The position numbers and the translations under genes were made by a program. A stretch of DNA of 64,000 nt, from NCBI GenBank assembly GCA_038087875.1, contig JAXLNO010000326.1:62001-126000 (forward strand). Direction: 5' to 3'. This document shows, in pieces, positions 39,001-50,100 of the stretch. The notes below the pieces were generated by a model that worked only from the letters and a program-made list of their open reading frames with translations, was not told the origin of the DNA and ran no database searches. The first letter of the stretch is position 1; every line of letters begins with the position of its first letter. This DNA is from Malacoraja senta. Its lineage: Eukaryota.

Positions 39001-40049
39001 AAGTCTGTGTAAGAAATTGTCCAGCCTGTCCCCGTTAAACATTCCTCTCTCCAGTAAGAGACATCCCCACCCTGAGAACAAGACTGACAATATCTATGCC
39101 CCTTATATTTTATACTTCTATTAGGCCTCCACTCAGCCTTCATTACTCAGATAAAACAATCCAATCTTTGTCTGCCTTAACTCAGACCATATTTCCAACT
39201 AATGTGTTTTCTATTGGATCTTTTGACAGCTTTCCCCATGATCCACAATTCCAGGGCTCCAAATTAATGGTTGCCCTGGTGCCAATGACCACCCAAAGTG
39301 CCACTGGGCAACCTAAACGCCGAGTCATTTTGCCCGGCTTGGCACTGCAGATACTGGTTTATACCGTAGACACAAAAAACTGGAGTAACTCAGCAGGTCA
39401 TGCAGCATCTCTGGAGAAAAGAAACGTGATGTTTTGTGTCGGCGACGGCTGTAGTGCGGGGCAAAGATATTAGGTGCGTGGTGACGAAGGGTCAGAGCTA
39501 ATGACGGGACCCGCACAGTGGCAGCAGCGGCCTCGACATCGGCTCCATCTCCTCCTCCTCCTGCACCCCGCCCGCCCTGATAGCGGCCGCTGCCTGCCAC
39601 TCTGCTAATGGCGAAAACCGCTTTCAAAACAAACCCTCCCGTACGCCGAGGCCGGAAGGAGGGAGGCCTCCTTCTGCCGTCTGAAGCAGCTCCGCCAAAG
39701 ATCCTATAGCTATAGGATCTTTGAGCTGCACCGCTCAGCCCCGCACCTTGCTGTTGGCTGGCGGAGGAGGGGAGGCGGTGGCAAGGAGATCCAAACCGCC
39801 TCCCCCTTTGGCGGCGGCACTTGGCGTTGGACAGGGACGGCCAAGGCAGCGGGGCGATGCTGTCCGATGAACGCTGACCTTCCTTCCTCTCCACCTCCTC
39901 TGCCCCTTCCCCCCCCGCTTTCTCTCTCTCTCTCTCTTGTACGCCCCCCTCCACCCTACCTTATCCTGAGACCCCTCCTCTCCATCCCGCCCTGATCCCC
40001 ATTCCTGCCTCTATTCAGTCCTCACTGACATCCCCTGTGCTCCCCTCCC

Positions 40050-40760
40050 CATCTACCCCCCCCCCCATCTATTCATCCTGTGCTGATCACCCTATCCACC
40101 TCGCATTGATTCTCCTGCCACCCCCCATCCATCCTACACTGGACCCCCCATTCATCCTGTACTGACCCACCCTCCATTTACCCTGCACTGATCCCCCCAT
40201 CCATCCTGTAGTGATCTCCCATTCATCTTATACTGATACCTCCCATTCATCCTGTACTGATCCCCCCATTCATCCTGTACTGATCACCCATTCATCCTGC
40301 ACAGACACTCCGATCCACACTGTACTGACCCACCCATTCATCCTGTACTGATCCCCCCCATTAATCCTGCGCTGATACCCCCCCCCCCATCCATCCTGTA
40401 CTGATCCCATTCAAGAAGAATGGGGGGGAACAGTCTGTAGAAGGGTCTCGACCCAAAACGTTAGCCATTTCCTTCGCTCCACAGATGCTGCCTCACCTGC
40501 TGAGTTTCTCCAGCACTTTTGTCTACCCCCATTCATCCTGTCCTGATCCCCACATTCATCCTGTACTGATCCCTCCCATTCATCCTGTACTGATCCACCC
40601 CACTCATCCTGTACTGATCCCCATTCATCCTGTAGTGACCCCCCATTCATCCTGCACAGACCCTCCGATCCACACCGCTCCGCCCCCCCACCCATTCACC
40701 CTGTACTGATCCCCCCCCAATTCATTCTGTACTGATCCCCCGTTCAACACCACTGACATC
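40050..40760. repeat. ~24-bp C-rich minisatellite (CCCCATTCATCCTGTACTGAT), split by a Penelope-type tail
   Basis: Directly visible degenerate array. Confidence 0.85.
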
Positions 40761-41539
40761 CCCATGCTCTCCCCTCACAATTTTACATACTCCAACCAAC
40801 AAGTACTAATTCACCTGCCTCAATCCATCCATCCGCGCCGATTACCTTCTCAGCCCCCCCCTCCATCTATCCACCCCGCACTGATTCACATACCACCCCC
40901 CCCCCCTCCCTGACACTATTGTGCTGGAAACGTCCTCAGAGCGAACATTGACTATGTTTGTTAACGGAATGCAATCAAATGTGTTTTTATTCCCAATGTT
41001 ATTATTTGTTTTAGTCCATAAAGATGGATTAATTAAATTGTGAACACGTGAAACATTAAAACCGCAGTGTTCGATTGTCACTGCTACCGTTGACACGATA
41101 TTACAGAATTCATTTTAACGGCAAATCAATGCTCTTAATATGGAGTATCAGTACTGTAGTTATTTAATGAGCAACATTCACAACTATATGTTGGATTTAT
41201 CCAGGTTTTACTTCTACAGTCGGTCATATACATCACAAATTTGGTCAGGAGATATTTCAGTTGAAATTTTAAAGTTAATTCTGAAGTGGGAATGATGGAA
41301 ACAGCGTTTATCGATAATTTTTTTTAAATCTGGTGCGTACAAACTGGGTATCTTCATTGCTGTTCACAACACTTACATCTAATCTGAATGTCTGGTAATT
41401 TGGCCTTTTGACATCTTTAAACATATTACCAAAAGAACATTTTACTGCAGTTATGTCCTTTGGCCATCTCTTGTCAGTTAGTGTAATGTTTAACCTGTCA
41501 GATGGGTATAGTCGGTTTTAACAGCTATTATCATAAAAT

Positions 41540-44500
41540 GCCAAATAAATGTAACTCCTGATATATCGGCTACTGTATTATGGGAATCTTTTAAAGCATA
41601 CATTAGGGGTATTATAATTTCATATTATTCTTTTTATTTTGAAAAGCTTGAGAATGAACAAAGACAGTTAGAAGAACTTATTAGACAAATGGATATAGAT
41701 ACTGCTAAAGATCCATCAATAGACAAAAATAATAAAATAATAATTTTGAAATTTAAATTAAATAAACTATTATCAGCCAAACTTATAAGACTTTTTCAAA
41801 TTACAAAACAAGAGCACTTTGAATTTGGGGATAAACCACATAAACTCTTGGCTGGCCAGCTAAAAAAACAAGAAAAGGAACACACTATCCCAAAGATTAA
41901 ATCAGATAAAGGAGAATTATTAACAACACCGAAGGATATTAATAAAAGATTTGCGCAATTTTATGAGAATTTGTATACATCTAAAACGACAATTGATTCC
42001 AATAAAATCACAAAGTTTTTGGATAATTGTAATCTTCCAAAGTTAGAGTTGAAGGAACAAGAGGAATTGGGTGCACAAATCTCAATTAAGGAATTAGAAG
42101 ATACAATAAACTCACTAAAGAATGGAAAAACACCAGGTCCAGATGGATTTACTAATGAATTTTATAAAAGCTTTTATGATAAAATAATACCAAGATTACA
42201 AAAAATGTACCAATATGCTTTTAAAAAACAAATACTACCTGATACATTAGCGGAATCAACGATTACACTAATACTTAAGAAAGACAAAGATTTAGAAGAA
42301 CCGGGTTCATATAGAGCTATAGCATTGTTAAACACAGATCAAAAAATATTAGCAATAATATTAGCTAGAAAATTAAGTAAATATATTAGTAAATTAATAA
42401 ACCCAGATCAGACGGGGTTTATCCCTAAGAGATACTCTTCTAACAACATGAGACGTTTACTCAACATAATGCACGCATACAAATCTGAAGAACAAGAATT
42501 ATCAATTATTTGGCTGGATGCTGAAAAAGCATTTGACCAAGTAGAATGGAATTATATGGATAAAGTATTACAAAAATTCCAACTGGGAGAGAATTTTATT
42601 CTATGGATAAAATTATTATATAATAAACCTACAGCTAGAATATTAACTAATAATATATTATCCTCGAAATTCCAACTATCAAGGGGAAATAGACAAAGAT
42701 GCTCATTATCACCACAGTTGTTTGCACTCATTATTGAACCGCTAGCAGGAAAAATTAGAATACACCCTGATATCCATAGGTATAATACTAAAGATTCATA
42801 TAATAAAATATCTTTATACGCGGATGATATATTACTGTACATTACAAAACCTCAAATCACTATACCAAATATATTAAATTTAATTGAAGACTTTGGATCC
42901 TTTTCTGGATATAGAATAAATTGGAATAAGAGTGAAATTATGTCAATAAAACCGAAAGATTCAACACATCTTTTAAAATTCCCTTTTAAAATAGCCACAG
43001 AAAAATTTAAATACTTGGGAATTGAAATTACTAGAACATATCAAGGTATGTTTAAGGCAAACTTTGATCCACTACTTAATAAATTAAACACACTAATTAA
43101 ATTTTGGAAAACGCTCCCGATGTCTTTAATAGGCCGAATAAATGCAATAAAAATGATCTTTCTACCACAAATTTTATACCTATTTCAATCGATTCCTATA
43201 TACTTACCAAAGAAGTTTTTTAAAAAACTGGACTCAGATATCACTAATTTTATATGGGACTATAAATCACATAGAATACATAAAACTCACTTGAATAAAC
43301 CTAAAGTATTAGGGGGTTTAGCACTACCTAATTTCATGTATTATTATTGGTCAGTAAATATTAAAAATATGATTAAACTGATGGATAACTCCGCCCAGCA
43401 AGTGGACTGGATTGTAATGGAGAAAGAGGACTGCTCCTCTGGAAACATTGGAGCGATCCTCCTCTCACCAATGGAACTGAATAATATAAATAATAAGAAC
43501 CCAATTATCCATAGTACAATCCGAATTTGGAAACAAATAAAACAAAATTTAAAATTAAGAAATTTATCACTATTATCTCCCATAGTTAATAACTCTTCGT
43601 TTAATCCCTCTATTATAGATAACTATTTTATACATTGGGATAGACTAGGAATTAAAACGTTCGGTGACCTGTATGAAACTGGAAAATTACTTTCATTTCA
43701 ACAATTACAAATAAATTATAAACTCGGAAATAATCAATATTTTAAATATTTTCAAATATGCGACTATCTAAAAAAATATACAAAACATCATTATAATAGC
43801 CCAGCAGATGTATTGGATGAGGCAATGCAGATAAAAGCTGAATCAGCAAACTTAATATCATATTTGTATAATATTATCTTAAATGTAGAAATACCATCTA
43901 CGGATGGTATCAGAAGAGACTGGGAACAAGAGTTAGCTATTAAAATTTCAAAGGAAAGGTGAAATGAACACTTATTAAACGTGCATAAATGTTCGATTAA
44001 TGTAAGACACACTTTAATACAATTAAAAAATTTACATAGATTATATTATTCCAAAAATAAAATCCATAAAATGTTCCCAAATGTATCATCCATTTGTGAT
44101 AAATGTCAATCCCAAGAAGCTACTATAGCGCACTCATTTGTTTTCTGTACAAAAATTCAAAAATTTTGGAATGAAATTTTTGAAGTCTTTACAAAATTAT
44201 TAAAAATAAAACTGATACCCAAAGCAGAATGGATTATCTTTGGAATAACAGAAGATGGTCCAGAACTAAATGTGTTCCAAAAGAAACTAATAGACTATGG
44301 GTTAATAACTGGAAAAAAGCTAATCCTAAAATTTTGGAAGAAAGCTCCAATACCAACTATAAACATGTGGATTTCAAATATGTTCGAAACATTACACTTA
44401 GAAGAGATAAGACTCCTCCTGGCAGGTAAACCAGATCACTTCCATCTGACGTGGTCTGCATTTATAGAATTATTACAAATACAGGGTGCAAAGGTACCTT

Positions 44501-44898
44501 AAAAAAAAACAAAAAAAACTGAGGTCAGGTAAAGGGTGATGATAGCTGGAAAGTTGGTATGTCCCATTTGCGTAATGCTCATAAATACTATTTGTTTTTC
44601 TCTTTCTCCTCTTTCTCTTTCTCCTTCTTTTCTAGGGTCTATTTCTTAACTCTTTTTCTTTTGTTTTTAATTTTGTTCTTATAGGGTCTTCGTTCTGTCT
44701 TGTTGTCACACTTTCTACACTTTCACTTTTTCCTTCACTTTCTTCTTTCTTTCAATCTTATCCTTTCCTTTTACTAGTGTAAAAAACAAACGGAGTACAT
44801 TAATTGTAAGAAGATATAAGTGACGAGTACTAATGTATGTGGTTGTAATGTAATGTACTTCTAATAAATAAAAAAATAAAAAATAAAAAATAAAAAAA
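41540..44898 (+). mobile_element. L1-clade LINE, 5'-truncated
   Basis: 757-aa ORF 41689-43962 (GKTPGPDG, LDAEKAFD, LYADD, FKYLGI) plus C-terminal CDKC..HSFVFC; AATAAA and A-rich tail. Confidence 0.93.
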
Positions 44899-44990
44899 TT
44901 CCTTGCAACCTGTATATTTTGTTATGGATAAATTAAGTGGGAAGCGAGAGTGTTTTTATTAATATAATATTTTTATTAGAAGCAAGCACA

Positions 44991-45610
44991 TCTATCGATA
45001 TACTATTAAAACTCTGTGTGTGTGTGGATGTGTGGGTGTGTGTGTTTGTGTCAGATTTGGCCTTTGATTCCTTGCTCCGCAAAAACCACACGCGAAAACT
45101 CCGCGATTTTTTCCATTTCGCTAGACATTACACTTTTACATACCCTAACACACTCCTTATTAGATTTAGATATTTTTATGTGCACATTTTAAAAAAAAAT
45201 CCCCCCCCCCACTCACTCATGTTGTCTCCTCCTGCAGGCCAGCCACCATAACGGCTGCTGTCGCCCGGCTCAGCTCCAAAAACACCGCCATTTTTTTCTT
45301 TCGCTAGCGCTGAAGCCCATTCAGGAACCAGACCCCGGGGTCTGATGCACGTTCGGGGTCCAGACCCAATGGGTCTGCTCTTGGTCTAGTATACTATTAA
45401 AACTCTGTGTGTGTGGATGTGTTTATTTATTTGTGGGTGTCACATTTGGCCTTTGATTCCTTGCTCCGCCAAAACCACACGCGGAAACTCCGCGATTTTT
45501 TCCATTTCGATAGACATTACACTTTTACATACCCTAACACACTCCTTATTAGATTTAGACATTTTTATGTACAATTTTTAGAATAAAATCGACCCCCTCC
45601 CACCCATCCC
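44991..45610 (+). mobile_element. Two mini non-autonomous Helitrons, nested or tandem
   Basis: Complete copy 44995-45389 (TC..ATACTATTAAAAC...CAGACCCAATGGGTCTG hairpin..CTAG), followed by a second copy truncated by CR1. Confidence 0.8.
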
Positions 45611-45614
45611 CAGC

Positions 45615-46412
45615 TACATCTTGGCAGGACAAATCAAAATAGGACGCACATGGTAAATGGTAGCGAATTGAGGAATGCAGTTGAACAGAGGGATATAGGA
45701 ATAACTGTGCATAGTTCCCTGAAGGTGGAATCTCATGTAGATAGGGTGGTAAAGAAAGCTTTTGGTGTGCTGGCCTTTATAAATCAGAGCATTGAGTATA
45801 GAAGTTGGGATGTAATGTTAAAATTGTACAAGGCATTGGTGAGGCCAATTCTGGAGTATGGTGTACAATTTTGGTCGCCAAATTATAGGAAAGATGTCAA
45901 CAAAATAGAGAGAGTACAAAGGAGATTTACTAGAGTGTTGCCTGGGTTTCAGCAACTAAGTTACAGAGAAAGGTAGAACAAGTTAGGTCTTTATTCTTTG
46001 GAGCGCAGAAGGTTAAGGGGGGACTTGATGGAGGTCTTTAAAATGATGAGAGGGACAGACAGAGTTGAAGTGGAAAAGCTTTTTCTATTGAGAGTACGGA
46101 AGATTCAAACAAGGGGACATGATTTGAGAATTAAGGGACAAAAGTTTAGGGGTAACATGAGAGGGAGCTTCTTTACTCAGAGAGTGGTAGCTGTGTGGAA
46201 TGAGCTTCCAGTGGAAGTGGTGGAAGCAGGTTCGATTTTATCATTTAAAAATAAATTGGATAGGTATATCGACGGGAAAGGAATGGAGGGTTATGGTCTG
46301 AGTGCAGGTAGATGGGACTAGGGGAGAATATTGTCACGGAAACAGGCCATCTCGGCACGGACTAGAAGGGCCGAGATGGCCTGTTTCCGTGCTGTAATTG
46401 TTATATGGTTAT
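45615..46412 (+). mobile_element. CR1 LINE 3' fragment
   Basis: LVRPILEYGVQFWSP, LERRRLRGDL and FFTQRVVAVWN motifs. Confidence 0.88.
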
Positions 46413-47172
46413 AGACATGATCAGAAATTGCAGTGGTTCCAGAACTGATCCTTGCAGAGTACTATCGGTCACGAACCTAGTCAGAATAAAACTCCTCCAC
46501 CACTATTCCTCTCTCCTGTTTCACCTCGCTCTAACCCCTTTGGTTTTTTTTTAATCTTCCCTGTCCCTAGTCTTCACCTTTCTGGAGCATCCACTCCCCT
46601 CCCAATTCACTCACCTGCTCCTTGAATGAGACTCGATGATTCCTTGTTAGATGGATCTCGGTCATGATGGATTTCGCCACTTGGGTCAGTTCCTGGGCCA
46701 TGAACCACGTCTCCTAGTCCCCTCCCTCTGGACTGACATTGTTCCTCTTCCTCTTCAGCGGCTTCACATTCCATTGACGTTCTGCTCTCAATCCCACTTT
46801 GCTCTTCTGTCATTGTTCCTGTGTTCTGACCATCTTTCTTTGATGAGGTGCCTGGCCAAAGTCTTTTGAAAACCTTGCCCACTTGAGTTAAAATCCCACC
46901 TGAAAAAAAAAATTAATTGCAGATTGCAGAGAAATTTCTAATTGAGAAAAGCACAGGTTTGGAATACCCGACAGCAATCTGAGCTGACATTCTGGGGCAG
47001 GGGTGGGGAACCTTTTCATGTTGGAATGCCGCATTAAGTTAGCTGTAATCTAATAAGGCCGCATCCAAGAAACTTCAATTAGATATACTTCAAAATGTAC
47101 ATTATTTTGTAAAAATCTAACTACTATGTACTAACTTCAAGAAAATGAAAATATGTTGTTCATTCTAAAGTT

Positions 47173-50100
47173 TTTTTATTTTATTATTTATTTTTATTAG
47201 AAGTACAATTGTATACAATCATATTTTCATAATACATTTTATGTACAGCTTCTTATTTTTTTAATTTTGTAATAAAGAAGAAAAAGAAAAAGAAATTAGA
47301 TAATGAAGAATAGAAAAATGTGAGATATATAGTGTGTGAAAAAGAAAAATAGAGAGTGAAAGAAGAAAGTTAAGAAATAGAAAATAGAAGAAAAAGAGTA
47401 AAAGAAGAAAAGAGAAGAAAAAGAAAAGAGAAGTAAGGAGATCGTATTTATAATCTTGACCATTCCTCACCCAGTCACGGATTAGCTTTTACACTTGTGT
47501 TGCACCATATGTTTCCAAAAAGACGACAAATGGAGACCAACTTGTTATGAATTGGTCAAATTTATCTATTAGGAGGAATCGCATTTCCTCAAAATGTGCG
47601 GTATCCAACATACTTGCAATCCACATTTTGAGCATTGGTATTGGTGTATTTTTCCAAAATTTCAATATTAATTTTTTTGCTATTATTAAACCATAATTAA
47701 AAAATATTTTTTGAGATGTGTTCAATTTGTTCCCATCTTCCATTACCCCAAATATAATCAATTCATTATTGGGTTCCATTTTTATCTTAAATAATTTTGT
47801 GAATATTTCGAAAATATCACTCCAAAATCCATGAAGTTTTATACAAGAAACAAAAGAGTGTGTTATAGTTGTGTCTTGGGTTAAACATTTATCACAAATG
47901 GGGGATATATTTGGATAACATTTATTTAATCTTATTTTTGAGGAATATAATCTATGTAAAATTTTAAATTGGATTAGATTATGTCTTGCGTTAATCGAAC
48001 ATTTGTGAATGTATGTCAAATACTTTTCCCATGTAGCCTTCGTAATTTTTATCAATAATTCCCGTTCCCACTCTTCTCTAATTACTTCGGTCGCAGGTAA
48101 ATCTATATTTAAGATACTACTATATAAATATGATATTAATTTTTGTGTGTCAGCTTTAATATTCATTACTTCTTCTAGTAAATCAGGAGTTATTTTTTGA
48201 TATCCCTGTATGTATGTCTTCAAGAAATTGCAAATCTGAAAATATTTAAAATAATGAGTGTTTTTCAATTTAAATTTTAATTGTAATTGTTGAAATGATA
48301 GTAAATCTCCCATTTCATACATATCCCCGATCCTTTTAATTCCTAAACTTTCCCATTGATTATATATTTTATCCATCATAGATGGTTTAAATAAAGGATT
48401 ATTCGCTATCGGTGTTAACAATGATAGGTTTCTTAGTTTTAAGGATAATTTTATTTGTTTCCATATTCTTATTGAATCTTGTATAATTGGGTTTTTCTTA
48501 TATATTGTATTGTTCATTTTTTTCAGGGAGAAGAGGATTGTTCCTATATTACAAGGATAACAATCCTCTTTCTCCATTTTTATCCATTCTGTCTGTTGGG
48601 TTGAACTATCCAACCACTAAATTATATTCTTAATATGTATTGCCGAATAGTAATACAAAACATTTGGGAGTGAAAGTCCCCCGACATATTTTGGTTTACA
48701 TAAATGTTCTTTTTTAATTCTATGTGATTTATAGTCCCAAACAAAATTAGTAATGTTAGCATTCAATTTAGAAAAAATATATTTTGGTACATATACTGGT
48801 ATAGATTGAAATAGGTATAACTGTGGTAGAAAGCTCATTTTAATAGCATTTATTCTGCCTATTAATGATAAAGGAAGTGTTTTCCAAAATTTAATCGTTA
48901 TATTAAGTTTATTTATTAAGGGTATAAAATTGGCGTTGAATAAAGCTTTATGTTTTCTAGTAATCTGAATACCCAGATATTTAAATTTTTCTGTTGCTAC
49001 TTTAAAGGGGAATTTCAATAAGTGTGTAGATTCTTGCGGTTTTAACGTCATAATTTCACTTTTGTTCCGAGTTATTCTATATCCAGAAAAGGACCCGAAT
49101 TCCTATTAAATGTAATAAATTTGGTATGCTCGTTTGTGAATTTGTTATATATAACAGAATATCGTCTGCATACAATGACATTTTATTATTTGAGTCCCTA
49201 GTATTATAACCCTGAATATTGGGATGGCTTCTTATACTTTCAGCCAGAGGTTCTATCATAAGGGCAAATAGCAGGGGTGATAAAGCCCATCCCTGCCTAT
49301 TACCCCTTGATAATTGAAATTTTTGAGACAACATGCTGTTAGTTAATATTCTTGCCATCGGTTTATCATATAATTTCACCCATGCAATAAAGTTCTCTCG
49401 CATATTAAATTTTTGTAATACTTTGTATAAATACTGCCATTCTACCTGATCAAATGCTTTCTCTGCGTCCAAAGAAATAATTGATAAGTCTTCTTCCTCC
49501 ACTTTATGCGAGTACATTATATTAAACAGGCGTCTCAAATTATTAAATGAATATCTTTTGGGTATAAACCCCGTTTGATCAGGGTTTATCAATTTACTAA
49601 TATATTTGCTTAGTCTTCTGGCTAAAGTCTTTGCAAGGATTTTCTGATCTGTATTTAATAGTGATATAGCTCTATATGAGCCCGGTTCCTCTAGGTCTTT
49701 ATCTTTCCTTGGAATAAGCGTAATAGTTGATTCTGCTAATGTTTCAGGTAATTTACTTTCTTTAAAAACATAAGTATATAAATTAAATAGATAGGGGGTC
49801 GTTATCTCATGAAATTTTTTATAAAATTCATTACTAAAACCATCTGGTCCCGGTGTCTTACCATTTTTCAACGATTTTATTGTTTCACCTATTTCTTCGA
49901 TTGTAATTTGCGCTCCTAGTTCTTCTTGTTCCAAAAGGTCAAGTTTTGGTAGATTACAGTTATCTAATTTTTTTTAAATTTTACTATCTTCTGTTTTGGT
50001 TTTTGATGTGTATAAATTTTGATAAAATTGAACAAATCTTTTATTAATATCTTTAGGTAGTGTTAGTAATTCACCATTATCGGATTTAATTTTATTTATA

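Larger units (their letters stand above)
24477..46899 (-). pseudogene. NLR (CARD-like death fold, NACHT, LRR) immune receptor pseudogene
   Basis: Phase-consistent exons: 46899-46615, 32375-32209, 27933-27762, 27663-27598, 27118-25400 (NACHT: EVPGIGKTT, LLFIFDGLDE, YTFPH), ~25150-25064, 24910-24746 and 24585-24477 (RI-type LRRs). Multiple disabling lesions. Confidence 0.9.

Noticed and set aside
41689..43962. 757-aa ORF as a host gene
   Set aside because: It is L1 ORF2 reverse transcriptase, 5'-truncated, with a stop before the zinc knuckle.
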